A stretch of 63,674 nt of DNA, the filler included, from Lama guanicoe (lineage: Eukaryota), in NCBI GenBank assembly GCA_013239625.1. It is 169 parts of 169 records of this genome, joined end to end, with 100 filler letters (N's around TTAATTAATTAA, not from the genome) between each part and the next. Parts side by side here need not be neighbours in the genome. Positions count along the whole stretch, not along the records: positions 38,453 to 38,730 come from PNXV01052332.1; positions 38,831 to 39,108 come from PNXV01052333.1; positions 39,209 to 39,486 come from PNXV01052334.1; positions 39,587 to 39,864 come from PNXV01052335.1; positions 39,965 to 40,242 come from PNXV01052336.1; positions 40,343 to 40,620 come from PNXV01052337.1; positions 40,721 to 40,998 come from PNXV01052338.1; positions 41,099 to 41,376 come from PNXV01052339.1; 161 more parts are not named here. One strand, written 5' to 3'. Under the pieces are notes generated by a model. That model searched no databases. It was given only the letters and a program-made list of their open reading frames with translations, and was not told where the DNA came from. A program made the translations under genes and the position numbers. Shown in pieces: positions 38,353 to 50,925 of this stretch (its first letter is position 1; each line of letters begins with the position of its first letter).

Positions 38353-41300
38353 NNNNNNNNNNNNNNNNNNNNNNNNNNNNNNNNNNNNNNNNNNNNTTAA
38401 TTAATTAANNNNNNNNNNNNNNNNNNNNNNNNNNNNNNNNNNNNNNNNNNNNCACGGGCAGAGAGCCATGGTGAGCACCATGTTCTGGAAGTGGGGTCAT
38501 CAGTGTCCCCCAGAGCAGGACCCTTCTAAGGAGCGAGAGGAGCTACCCCGCAGCCCTGCTCCCTCACGTGTCCTCTTCTGTAGGTCTGCTCGCCGGCCGC
38601 ATCTCCGTCCGCCGGAAGGGTTGAGAAATCCTGCCCCGGAATTTCAGTAGAGTCTGTTCCTTTTGCCAGCTCTGCTGTAGTGTTGTCACCCATAGGATCC
38701 CTAAGTCCTTCATATCATCTGAGCATCTCCNNNNNNNNNNNNNNNNNNNNNNNNNNNNNNNNNNNNNNNNNNNNTTAATTAATTAANNNNNNNNNNNNNN
38801 NNNNNNNNNNNNNNNNNNNNNNNNNNNNNNAAACAAGCAATGTATGTGGATGAGAAAGTCATTTGTCCATGTGGACCACAAATTTCCACAGATGGACAGA
38901 ATAACCTAATTACTTTTGGCTCAAAAAGGTGACTGCTGTCTTGGGAGATCCTAAATGGAAGAGCTTCTTAGATGATCAGTCCTTTCACACTAGGGGACAA
39001 CACATTTTAAAACCAGGAACTTTTACCAGGGCACTACAGCAAGTAACAAAAGAATTTTCTGCAAGTTTCTGCAATAGCCGTTTTATTCATGTGAGTCATG
39101 TGTGTGTTNNNNNNNNNNNNNNNNNNNNNNNNNNNNNNNNNNNNNNNNNNNNTTAATTAATTAANNNNNNNNNNNNNNNNNNNNNNNNNNNNNNNNNNNN
39201 NNNNNNNNTGTACTTCAGTGCATCAGACTCCACTGGGGGGCTTAGGAGCATGAATGGCGACCTCAAGGTGTTTATTTCTTGCAACTAGGAAGCAATCACT
39301 GACTTTCTAGGTCTGATTCTCAAGCCGACCATTTCAACAGAATGTGGAAAAAGGAACATCTCTTCAAAGAAAAAACAAATACAGTTCTTACTATAAGAAA
39401 ACATTGTTAGAAGTGCATATGAGTTCACCTCATATGTGGAATCTCAAAAAAAGAAAGAAAGAACATAAATACAAAACAGAAACAGANNNNNNNNNNNNNN
39501 NNNNNNNNNNNNNNNNNNNNNNNNNNNNNNTTAATTAATTAANNNNNNNNNNNNNNNNNNNNNNNNNNNNNNNNNNNNNNNNNNNNTGTTTGATTTATGT
39601 ATCTATCATAATGGCATAATTTTATGGTCCAACCCCAGCTTCCTAATAAACTTCTAAAGTACCATTACAAGTTACATAGAGCAAATATTTCATAAATTTT
39701 TATTGCTTATAAAGCAATGGGAATAATGAAACTTCCACATAAGATGATAACTCAGTGGGAGAGAATTTCTAAAATGCAGAGCCCTGTGCTGGTAATCAGA
39801 AAGCTCTCAGAAATGGCTTAAGATTTACACAACTTTGGATCTCCTGTGGTGACAGTTTTACTCCNNNNNNNNNNNNNNNNNNNNNNNNNNNNNNNNNNNN
39901 NNNNNNNNTTAATTAATTAANNNNNNNNNNNNNNNNNNNNNNNNNNNNNNNNNNNNNNNNNNNNTGTAAGCCGAGTTGGTGCTTGTACCTCCCCAAATAT
40001 ATGCACGTAGTGTACTTTCCATCTGAAAAGAGACTCTATGTTGCCCGCAAGCAAGGTGAAGCAAAGATTTCAGAGACACTTATCTCTGAAAACCGTGCAT
40101 GTGGAGAGAATTTCGTTAATGTAGAACCATGAGAAATTTTTCCAAGTGGTACACCTACTCTGATATCTAATTTTGATTCCTAGTGCCGGTTTAAATTCCC
40201 TGCATTGTTTATTGTAAAACTGAGATGGAGCTAGTACCACCCNNNNNNNNNNNNNNNNNNNNNNNNNNNNNNNNNNNNNNNNNNNNTTAATTAATTAANN
40301 NNNNNNNNNNNNNNNNNNNNNNNNNNNNNNNNNNNNNNNNNNGAGGGAGGCTGTTTAGATAGAGTAGATGCAGCTGAGTTGGCCCTTTGACTCTTCCTCT
40401 TTCCTCCTTCCTGCCTCAGAGGTGAACTCATGGAAGCAGATCAAGTCCCGTGCTCCAGCAGCCATTTTGGACCAAGAGACTGAATTGAGGATGGACACCA
40501 GCTGAAAATACTGAAGGGGCAGAAAGATGGATAATGGCTGACTACCGTGGTGTGCTGTTGACAGTATGAAATCTCTACACTCGTAATTATTTTCCATGAG
40601 AGAGGAAAAACCTTACCACTNNNNNNNNNNNNNNNNNNNNNNNNNNNNNNNNNNNNNNNNNNNNTTAATTAATTAANNNNNNNNNNNNNNNNNNNNNNNN
40701 NNNNNNNNNNNNNNNNNNNNCTTACAATTACGAGGGATTAAAGAGTATTTATAAACAAAACTATAATGCATAATTTTATCCTGCCCTTAAACAGAAACAT
40801 TCATCAATACTGAAGTGAAGCAGCCTCATCTTGTAGTTCAATTAAACTTTGGGCCAAACACTGGTAGGATCTTTCTGGTTTAATATATGTTTAAATTATT
40901 TAGAAAAATAAGTGAGTATCCATACCTTAAGAGAAACATTTTGTCTTAATGTGCTGTGGAGGGAACATTCTGTCTGTGTACAGTTGCCGGGAATTCACNN
41001 NNNNNNNNNNNNNNNNNNNNNNNNNNNNNNNNNNNNNNNNNNTTAATTAATTAANNNNNNNNNNNNNNNNNNNNNNNNNNNNNNNNNNNNNNNNNNNNTG
41101 GATCAGGAAGGAGGGAAGGTGCCCTGAGGCACCCGAAGGAAAAGCAGGAGAAGGAAGAGCAGCCTTGAGGAAGCCTGGCCTTCACTTCCGAACGACTCCT
41201 TCCTCTCCAGCCCTCCACCTCCGAGACGTTTCCCAAGCCCCTGCTTAACAGTCAGGCCCTTTTGTTTATTTTCGAGTCCACCTTCCTCACGATGCTTAAG

Positions 41301-42400
41301 GACCAAGAGGGGAAGGACTTCTGCTCGCCATCACAGTCCCGGCCCTGACACAGGTGCCCAGCACTGCAGCCACGGANNNNNNNNNNNNNNNNNNNNNNNN
41401 NNNNNNNNNNNNNNNNNNNNTTAATTAATTAANNNNNNNNNNNNNNNNNNNNNNNNNNNNNNNNNNNNNNNNNNNNGGTAAGTCTATTTTTAGTCTTTTG
41501 AGGACTCTCCATACTGTTTTCCACAATGGCTACACCAAATATTATTTTTTATGTATTAGTTTTTTATATCAGCTTCAGGATCTTAACACACTCCTTAGAG
41601 AATGGAACATAAGCAATTGCATTTTATTGGCCAGAAAAATCAGAATGATGACTCTTTGGATGTGGAGTGAGGAGCTCCAGGACCTGAAATTGGGCAGATA
41701 AGTGTGAGGAAAAATTAGAATAAGGAAACGAGTTTCAAAACTAGTGAATAGCACNNNNNNNNNNNNNNNNNNNNNNNNNNNNNNNNNNNNNNNNNNNNTT
41801 AATTAATTAANNNNNNNNNNNNNNNNNNNNNNNNNNNNNNNNNNNNNNNNNNNNATAACTCTCCAGTTTCATGGCACTTCAAAAATCATGGAAAATTGTA
41901 TTTCCATAAAATTAGTCAATGGGTTACCTTCCTTCTCATCCAAGAATTAAGATTTTTGATGGACATCCTTTCTTTGAGTGCTTTTCAAGACATAGAATAA
42001 ATATTTCAATTGGTTTCCACCCTCCCTTACTCAACCCTCCCCAGAACCACTTACCTGAACTTTGTTAACTGATCTTTCTCGCACTCTTCTAAGTCGGTTC
42101 CCTTTTCTTCTCACCCCCAATTAATGAGCACANNNNNNNNNNNNNNNNNNNNNNNNNNNNNNNNNNNNNNNNNNNNTTAATTAATTAANNNNNNNNNNNN
42201 NNNNNNNNNNNNNNNNNNNNNNNNNNNNNNNNTAGCTCAGACACAAAGCTTATCAACTCTGCTTGGGTATGTCAAGGATAGTTCTAGAGAGCAGGAAATC
42301 TCTGGGCTGAGTCTTACAGAGTGTGGCATTTGCAAATAAGTGAAGGAGGTAGCTTTTCAGGGAGAGGGAAATGTGTGTTAAAACAGATAAGACATGGGGA

Positions 42401-42500
42401 GGGGATGAGGCTATATCTCAGTGGTAGAGTGCATGCTTAACATTCGTGAGGTACTGGGAAGGCATGAGGTCATGAGTTCAATCCCCAATATCATTAAAAA
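42401..42500 (+). mobile_element. tRNA-derived camelid SINE (Vic-1-like) with a short internal duplication
   Basis: A box (tatctcagtggtagagtgcatgctta) and B box (gagttcaatcccc); the (c/g)tgaggt segment is present twice. Confidence 0.82.
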
Positions 42501-42988
42501 TTTTATTTTTNNNNNNNNNNNNNNNNNNNNNNNNNNNNNNNNNNNNNNNNNNNNTTAATTAATTAANNNNNNNNNNNNNNNNNNNNNNNNNNNNNNNNNN
42601 NNNNNNNNNNTCTCAAACACATGGGAGGATAGCACTTCCCTGCCCTCCTCAACCCTTCAGTTGGGCAAGGTCATGGGTTAATTCTGTCTGAAGAGTTGTA
42701 GGTGGAATTCATGTGCACCAGTTTTAGAGCAGAGGAGTTAATTTCTCATGGGAGAGTGTCCAGTGCTCTAGTCCTGTACTGCTAATAATCATAAAGGCAC
42801 ATATTAAGAAGAAACTTCCATCACCCTGGATCTCTGAGTGAATACAAGAAGCTGAGGCTCCCCCAGGCCCCAGCCCACTAAAGTGCATNNNNNNNNNNNN
42901 NNNNNNNNNNNNNNNNNNNNNNNNNNNNNNNNTTAATTAATTAANNNNNNNNNNNNNNNNNNNNNNNNNNNNNNNNNNNNNNNNNNNN

Positions 42989-43266
<278 letters not shown>

Positions 43267-45256
43267 NNNNNNNNNNNNNNNNNNNNNNNNNNNNNNNNNN
43301 NNNNNNNNNNTTAATTAATTAANNNNNNNNNNNNNNNNNNNNNNNNNNNNNNNNNNNNNNNNNNNNAAATTCTCACTAAGTTATGAATATGGGGTCTTGC
43401 TGTTTCATGTCACACCGGACCCCACAAGTCACGTGCCTGGTCCTGTCCAGCTGTCCCGGCAGCGAGGGGAGCTCATCCAATCCTCACCACAGCCTGCGAG
43501 CTACTGGCTATGCTAATCACCCTCATTTTACTGATGGGGAAGAAGAGGCTCAGAGCTGAGTGACGGGTTAGTTTGACCCCACACACTCTAACTCTAGAGC
43601 CCCCGCTTCTGCTCTGGCCCTCTCCTGCCTCTCAGGGAGAACCCNNNNNNNNNNNNNNNNNNNNNNNNNNNNNNNNNNNNNNNNNNNNTTAATTAATTAA
43701 NNNNNNNNNNNNNNNNNNNNNNNNNNNNNNNNNNNNNNNNNNNNATTCTCATGCCTTCTTCTCCCCTCTCCCTGCAGCATCCATCATCTGTCCATTGCTA
43801 ATAGAATAAGGAAATTTGGGGACATAAATTTCCCAACGAAAAGAGAATACATAAACATAATAAAATACATTCTGCCAAAAATGCCTTTTCCTTTCAAATA
43901 GGTTAAAGGTTTATTTTTTAATTATCCAAAATTAAAAGTTTACAAAAATGTGGAAACAAAGTGTAGCAGCTTTATTATATTCCCTTATTTTGAGGTGGGA
44001 TCCCCCAGCAGATCAGAAAAACNNNNNNNNNNNNNNNNNNNNNNNNNNNNNNNNNNNNNNNNNNNNTTAATTAATTAANNNNNNNNNNNNNNNNNNNNNN
44101 NNNNNNNNNNNNNNNNNNNNNNCTTGCATGCAGCTTACATCCTTGCTACAGACCACAAACAATACACATAATAAGTCAGGAAACTACTGAGAATGGTGGA
44201 AGAGCAAGAAAAGGTTAATGAGGACGCAGAAAGGAGTTGTGGTGGTCAGGGGAAGCCCCGCCAAGGAGAACTCGAGGAAGGGCTTTTGGTCCTGGTATTT
44301 TCCACGAATGACAACAAGGCGATTGTGACCGGAAGATGTGGGAGGTGAGATCCAGGGCCAGAGCAGGCAGGGCTTTACAGCACATTGGCAGGATGTTGGC
44401 NNNNNNNNNNNNNNNNNNNNNNNNNNNNNNNNNNNNNNNNNNNNTTAATTAATTAANNNNNNNNNNNNNNNNNNNNNNNNNNNNNNNNNNNNNNNNNNNN
44501 AATTACATTTGATTCGGAGGTCCCTGTGCTGCATTTGGAGGGGCGTGGGGGCCAGAAGCTCTGGGAGCCTCGGTCAGGACGATGCAGGCTGTCGAGGGGG
44601 TCCTGAGGGCACATGGCCCTTTTGGGGGTTTGCATGTGAAGGTGAGTTGGCACTTCGGGGCTGCGATGAACATCCTTTCTCCCATGGTGGTGGTGACTGA
44701 TAGTTTCTGACACGTGGGAATCATAAAGTTTTCTTAGATGGGGGCTTTAATAATTTTACACTAAATCACACCCATCTCNNNNNNNNNNNNNNNNNNNNNN
44801 NNNNNNNNNNNNNNNNNNNNNNTTAATTAATTAANNNNNNNNNNNNNNNNNNNNNNNNNNNNNNNNNNNNNNNNNNNNTTGTTGAAAAGATTGAAAATCA
44901 GTTCAGATTTCTGACATCCTCTTGAGGTGGTGTTTATGAGACATACTTGGCAGCAGTCTCAGAAGTGGGAGCAAGACCCTCATTTCTCTGTGTGGCATTT
45001 TGGGTAGAAATGTGGGTCTGGATGTGCCTTTATTTTGGAAGATGGCTTTACTCTGATACGCTGGGAGCCGCAAATTAGCCTCAAAAAGCGTAGAGGCTCC
45101 CCTAGGTAGGGCTGAAGTCACACTTTGGATAAAGGCATAGCTGGGTCTTTGAGGCTNNNNNNNNNNNNNNNNNNNNNNNNNNNNNNNNNNNNNNNNNNNN
45201 TTAATTAATTAANNNNNNNNNNNNNNNNNNNNNNNNNNNNNNNNNNNNNNNNNNNN

Positions 45257-45534
45257 AATGGGTTACAGGAGAAATTAAAGAAGAAATTAAAAAATGCTTG
45301 GAGACAAAAGGAAACAAAAACACAACAACCCAAAATCTATAGGATGCAGCAAAAGCAGTGCTAGGAGGGAAATTTATAGAGATACAGGCCACTTCAGGAA
45401 ACAAGAAAAAGCTCAAGAGAATAACCTAACTTTACACTTGAAGGAAGGAGAAAATGAAGAACAAACAAAACCCAAAGTTAGAAGGAAAGAAGTCATAAAG
45501 ATCAGAGTGGAAATTAATGAAACAGAGACAACAA
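45257..45534 (+). mobile_element. LINE-1 ORF2 fragment (after the endonuclease)
   Basis: WVTGEIKEEIKKCLETKGNKNTTTQNL*DAAKAVLGGKFIEIQA(fs)RKQEKAQENNLTLHLKE.E.EEQTKPKV.RRKEVIKIRVEINE. Confidence 0.96.
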
Positions 45535-46390
45535 NNNNNNNNNNNNNNNNNNNNNNNNNNNNNNNNNNNNNNNNNNNNTTAATTAATTAANNNNNNNNNN
45601 NNNNNNNNNNNNNNNNNNNNNNNNNNNNNNNNNNGTTCTGAGTGTAGCATTTAGTGGAGGTTTACGTCACCCGACTGAGCAGGCTGTTAGCTGAGCGAGG
45701 CTGTCAGGATATTTCAGCACCTGCCTGAAGTGAAACTTGCAGACAAGCTGCTTTCAAAGTGTCTGAAAGGACAGAGAGTTAGCACTTCCCTGACCTTTCG
45801 TAAACTAAGACCAAATGGCTACATGGTAAGTGCTTGTATGTTGCAGAACTTGGAGCCGTAAGGTACTTTCTATGTCCAGGGTGCCGTGGGAGGAATCTGC
45901 TTCTCCCTGTTGNNNNNNNNNNNNNNNNNNNNNNNNNNNNNNNNNNNNNNNNNNNNTTAATTAATTAANNNNNNNNNNNNNNNNNNNNNNNNNNNNNNNN
46001 NNNNNNNNNNNNATGCTAAATGGAGAAAGAGGCTGGACTTTCTAGGAGAGAGGAATGGTGACTGGCAAAGGTGGCGATGACAAGGGGAAAGAAGTTTCCA
46101 CAGGTGCAAAGACCACTGTGGCTGGAGGCACGCATTTCTACAATGGAGTGTCCAAAGATACACTCTACCGTGGATCAGCTCACACCGCTTTGGGGAACCT
46201 TCCTTGATCTCACCGACCCGTGTGATTACGTCTGCCTCTGGATTCCTGCCAACTTGCGTTTCCATGTCCTAATACTGCAGTTAATTTACANNNNNNNNNN
46301 NNNNNNNNNNNNNNNNNNNNNNNNNNNNNNNNNNTTAATTAATTAANNNNNNNNNNNNNNNNNNNNNNNNNNNNNNNNNNNNNNNNNNNN

Positions 46391-46668
46391 TAGCAAGGAC
46401 TTCTAGTGTGATGTTGGACATCAGCTGTGTGATCCTTCCGTGATCCTGTTCTTAGAGAGCATCCAGTTTTTAACCTCTATGATGTTATCTCTCAGTTTTC
46501 ATATAGCCTTTATCATTCCTGGTTTATTGCGTGTTTTCATAATGAAAGCATGTTGAATGTGATCAAATGCTTTTTCTTCACCTATTCAGATGATCATGTG
46601 ATTTTTATGCTTCATTGTGCTAATGTAGTGTATCACATTGTTTGAATTTTACATGTTGAACCATCCCT
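46391..46668 (-). mobile_element. Old LINE-1 ORF2 (RT region) fragment
   Basis: tgttgaatgtgatcaaatgctttttcttcacctattcagatgatcatgtgattttt...tatcacattg...atgttgaaccatccct is antisense L1. Confidence 0.88.
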
Positions 46669-47902
46669 NNNNNNNNNNNNNNNNNNNNNNNNNNNNNNNN
46701 NNNNNNNNNNNNTTAATTAATTAANNNNNNNNNNNNNNNNNNNNNNNNNNNNNNNNNNNNNNNNNNNNTAACCACAGTGTACGTGCGTTCATTTACAGAG
46801 GGCGTGTGGGTACGTGCACTAGTCCCCCGTGCAGGCCTGTCTTTCTCCTGAGCAAGATCCCGGACGGGGCTTCAGGCCCAGGGAAACCTTGACCCCAGGT
46901 GGTCTGGAGACCCTTCTCTGACCTCCTGTCACATCAAAGGCTTTGCTCCTAGGCAACTCCTTTCACTGGGGTGAGTCTGTTTGGCCATCTTCCTCCCCAT
47001 GAGACTTGAGTTCCAGGCCCCCAGCCAGCACTTTTGTCATAACGAGNNNNNNNNNNNNNNNNNNNNNNNNNNNNNNNNNNNNNNNNNNNNTTAATTAATT
47101 AANNNNNNNNNNNNNNNNNNNNNNNNNNNNNNNNNNNNNNNNNNNNTTCCGTCACTTACGCTGTCACACGTTCCGGCTCCCAGGAGATGATGACGCCTCT
47201 GGGGAGAAACGGGCACCCAGTAACTCTGGGAGGTGCTGCTTCACACCTGGCCGTGAGTCTGTCCTGGACGAGACCACCGTCTGACCCCGTCTTCTTTCTT
47301 TCACCAAGTTTCTCTTTCCAGCAGAATCCAGTAAAAGACTATTTTCAAAATATCTGAGGAAACCCTACAGATCAATTTTTAAAAGACAAGCAACCCAGTT
47401 TAAGAAGGTGAGCTAAATATTTGANNNNNNNNNNNNNNNNNNNNNNNNNNNNNNNNNNNNNNNNNNNNTTAATTAATTAANNNNNNNNNNNNNNNNNNNN
47501 NNNNNNNNNNNNNNNNNNNNNNNNGTCACCAACACAGGACGTGGCCGTCCCTGCGGGGCCGCCCCGTTCACTCACTCAAGCCGGCCCACTGAGCCCCCGC
47601 CCGCCCACAGCACAGCAACCCAGGGGCTGCATGGCCTCCCGTAACCTCACGGTGCCCCCTGGGAGGCGCTGTGACGACACCCGCCCTGCACAGGGGGAAG
47701 CTGAGGCCCAGGGAGGTTAGGGGACCCAAGTCCACGCGCCTGGGCCCCGCCTTTCTGCCCCCGGTCCTCCCCCGAGACCTCCTGGACCAGGAGACACTGA
47801 ATNNNNNNNNNNNNNNNNNNNNNNNNNNNNNNNNNNNNNNNNNNNNTTAATTAATTAANNNNNNNNNNNNNNNNNNNNNNNNNNNNNNNNNNNNNNNNNN
47901 NN

Positions 47903-48105
47903 TGAACTTATTTACAAAACAGAAACAGACTCACAGACACAGGAAACAAACGTATGGTCACCAGGCAGGAAAAGTGGGCGGGGGAAGGATAAATTGGGGG
48001 TTTGAGGTTTGCAGATACACACTACTACACATAAAACAGATCAACAGCAGGGTCCTACAAGCAAGGTCCTGTTCCACAGGGAACTGTATCAATATCTTGT
48101 ATGTA
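47903..48105 (+). mobile_element. LINE-1 3'UTR fragment interrupted by a SINE
   Basis: acaaaacagaaacagactcacagac...gataaattgggggtttgagg...cacagggaactgtatcaatatcttgta. Confidence 0.9.
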
Positions 48106-48179
48106 GGGGAGGGTACAGCTCAGGGGTAGGGCGCATGCTTAGCATGCACAGAGTCCTGGGTTCAATCCCCAGTGCCTCC
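48106..48179 (+). mobile_element. tRNA-derived camelid SINE (Vic-1-like)
   Basis: ggggagggtacagctcaggggtagggcgcatgcttagcatgcacagagtcctgggttcaatccccagtgcctcc: a tRNA-Ala-like head with A and B boxes. Confidence 0.9.
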
Positions 48180-48657
48180 NNNNNNNNNNNNNNNNNNNNN
48201 NNNNNNNNNNNNNNNNNNNNNNNTTAATTAATTAANNNNNNNNNNNNNNNNNNNNNNNNNNNNNNNNNNNNNNNNNNNNGAATGGGCAGCAAGGACCTGG
48301 GCTCCTGAGGACAGATGGGGCTGGTCAGAGAAGAAAGTTCCCCCTACCCACCCCGTCCACCCAGGAGCCTGGAAGAAGCCACGTGCCAGCGGGAGGGACT
48401 AGAATGGGAGCCAGAGACCCGCTAGCGCTGCCATCCGAGTGCCCCCTCCTGGAGTAGCACGGACACACCACATTCCCCGGGCCTCCTGCCCCTCCACCTT
48501 TCTGTGGGCAGAACACATCCCTCGTCCTGCTGATCCAGAGAAGATGGGGATTTTTCANNNNNNNNNNNNNNNNNNNNNNNNNNNNNNNNNNNNNNNNNNN
48601 NTTAATTAATTAANNNNNNNNNNNNNNNNNNNNNNNNNNNNNNNNNNNNNNNNNNNN

Positions 48658-48935
48658 TGAGCCTCATGGCACACCCACAGGCACCATGACAGTTCCTAGG
48701 CTGACCCTAAAAGGTCAGAAAGTGGGCAGGGGCCCGATTCCCGGAAATCCCCGCCCCTTCCCCAAAGTAGTTGGAATAATCCCCCTAGTCATTAGCATAT
48801 GCAATTACCCAGCCCATAAAACCTAACAACTCTACACCTCATGGTCATTCTCTCTCTTACCTTCTGATACGGCCTGCACTCTGTCTATGGAGTGTGTATC
48901 TGCTTTTACTTTAAACTGAACATCCCCACACCTCT
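48658..48935 (+). mobile_element. ERV1 LTR, MER41-like, carrying a GAS motif
   Basis: cacccacaggcaccatgacagtt...TTCCCGGAA(48738..48746)atccccgcccct...gaataatccccc...ttagcatat...cccataaaa...cactctgtctatggagt follows the recalled motif order of MER41 LTRs. Confidence 0.72.
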
Positions 48936-49447
48936 NNNNNNNNNNNNNNNNNNNNNNNNNNNNNNNNNNNNNNNNNNNNTTAATTAATTAANNNNNNNNN
49001 NNNNNNNNNNNNNNNNNNNNNNNNNNNNNNNNNNNTGATTTTTAAATGAGCCATAAAGTTAGAGCTGGCAAAAATCATGCATTTTATATATTTGTCTGAG
49101 GTTGGCACTGTCCATATATCCATGTTGTGTGTTTCCTCTTAGACTGTAAGATTCTGGATAGCTTAGATTAATTTGGTTTTTAAAACAAATAATCTTTAAA
49201 CAAGCAATTGACAAATTGTGTTCTGTGATGACTTTTCTAAAATCAGAATACAGCTACTTGTAGCATGTGATTCATATTCTGCTTTGTAAGACAGACTCTT
49301 CCTGCCAGCTCATNNNNNNNNNNNNNNNNNNNNNNNNNNNNNNNNNNNNNNNNNNNNTTAATTAATTAANNNNNNNNNNNNNNNNNNNNNNNNNNNNNNN
49401 NNNNNNNNNNNNNTTTTGAAAAATGATCTGCATCTAGAGCCTAAATT

Positions 49448-49514
49448 CATTAAGAAGCTAAACAGCATTAAATTTTAAAGTTAACAAATGGGAGTGTAAA
49501 TCTCCCCTTAATAA
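49448..49514 (+). tRNA. Degenerate mitochondrial tRNA-Lys within the NUMT (second copy at 49826..49892)
   Basis: cattaagaagcta..agcattaaattttaaagttaa...gggag...ctccccttaat; the anticodon arm deviates from the canonical ttaacCTTTTAAgttaa. Confidence 0.85.
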
Positions 49515-49515
49515 T

Positions 49516-49691
49516 ATGCCTCAGCTAGATACATCAACATGATTTGTTACCATTGTATCAATAATCCTAACCCTATTCATTACATTTCAACTAAAAATTT
49601 CAAAATATACTTACATATCAAATCCAGAACTAAAATCAAATCAAATACAAAAACACATTATCCCTTCAGAAACAAAATGAACAAAAATTTA
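49516..49691 (+). pseudogene. ATP8: ATP8 nuclear pseudogene (NUMT copy 1)
   Basis: Mitochondrial code gives MPQLDTSTWFVTIVSMILTLFITFQLKISKYTYMSNPELKSNQMQKHIIPSETKWTKI; the conserved PWE has become PSE. Confidence 0.92.
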
Positions 49692-49791
49692 NNNNNNNNN
49701 NNNNNNNNNNNNNNNNNNNNNNNNNNNNNNNNNNNTTAATTAATTAANNNNNNNNNNNNNNNNNNNNNNNNNNNNNNNNNNNNNNNNNNNN

Positions 49792-50069
49792 TTTTGAAAA
49801 ATGATCTGCATCTAGAGCCTAAATTCATTAAGAAGCTAAATAGCATTAAATTTTAAAGTTAACAAGTGGGAATGTAAATCTCCCCTTAATAATATGCCAC
49901 AGCTAGATACATCAACATGATTTATTACCATTGTATCAATAATCCTAACCCTATTCATTATATTTCAACTAAAATTTTCAAAATATACTTACATATCAAA
50001 TCCAGAACTAAAATCAAATGAAATACAAAAACACATTATCCCTTCAGAAACAAAATGAACAAAAATTTA
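49792..50069 (+). pseudogene. ATP8: NUMT copy 2 (same boundaries as copy 1; ATP8 ATG at 49894)
   Basis: Ungapped alignment to 49414..49691 with 8 substitutions in 278 bp. Confidence 0.95.
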
Positions 50070-50925
50070 NNNNNNNNNNNNNNNNNNNNNNNNNNNNNNN
50101 NNNNNNNNNNNNNTTAATTAATTAANNNNNNNNNNNNNNNNNNNNNNNNNNNNNNNNNNNNNNNNNNNNTGATGAGGTCCCATTTATCAATTGTTTTCTT
50201 TTATGGATTGTGCTTATAAGTGTCATCATGCCAAATCCAAGGTCACAAAGATTTTCTCTTTTGTTTTCTTCTAAAAAAATCTGAATTTAGCTTTCATATT
50301 TTGGTCTGTGATCCATTTTGATTGATTTTTATTTGTGGTGTAAGTTAAGAATCTAAGTTCATTTTGTGTTTGTGTGCGTAAAATATACATGTGTGTATAT
50401 ATATATGTAATAAAGATACCATTTATACAATAAAAGCTTGTTGGGATNNNNNNNNNNNNNNNNNNNNNNNNNNNNNNNNNNNNNNNNNNNNTTAATTAAT
50501 TAANNNNNNNNNNNNNNNNNNNNNNNNNNNNNNNNNNNNNNNNNNNNTTCAATAAGGTCCAAAATAGATGTATTAATAGTCTCAAAACATATCTAGTGTC
50601 TCTGTAATAGGAGGTCAAAAGTAGATAAACCTAGACTATGTTAGCAAGTAATGTTTCATTATTTTATCTTACTAAAAATGATCTAGAAAAAGACACTATG
50701 AACCATCTACAAAACAGAAACAGACTTGCAGACGCAGTAAACAATCTTACGGTTACCAGGGGAAAGGGGGTAGGAAAGGATAAATTTGGGAGTTTGAGAT
50801 TTGCAAATGTTAGCCACTGTATATANNNNNNNNNNNNNNNNNNNNNNNNNNNNNNNNNNNNNNNNNNNNTTAATTAATTAANNNNNNNNNNNNNNNNNNN
50901 NNNNNNNNNNNNNNNNNNNNNNNNN

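Larger units (their letters stand above)
49414..49691 (+). pseudogene. NUMT copy 1: COX2 3' end, tRNA-Lys, ATP8, ATP6 start
   Basis: Mitochondrial gene order: FEKWSAS (COX2 end, TAA at 49442..49444), tRNA-Lys, ATG at 49516 (MPQLDTSTW...), overlapping ATP6 ATG at 49677. Confidence 0.95.

Noticed and set aside
38560..38730. Possible exon after the acceptor tcctcttctgtag
   Set aside because: None of the three frames gives a recognisable protein; the acceptor alone is insufficient.
45815..45831. ATGGCTACATG|gtaagt, a possible first coding exon end
   Set aside because: A consensus donor next to an ATG is expected by chance in this much sequence; there is no other support.
48106..48179. tRNA-Ala gene
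   Set aside because: The stems are mismatched, it is inserted in an L1 3'UTR, and sibling copies carry SINE tails, so it is a SINE head.
49414..50069. True mitochondrial genome fragment, or a tandem duplication
   Set aside because: Shared disabling changes and non-synonymous-biased differences indicate NUMTs, and the two copies are separated by the artificial spacer.
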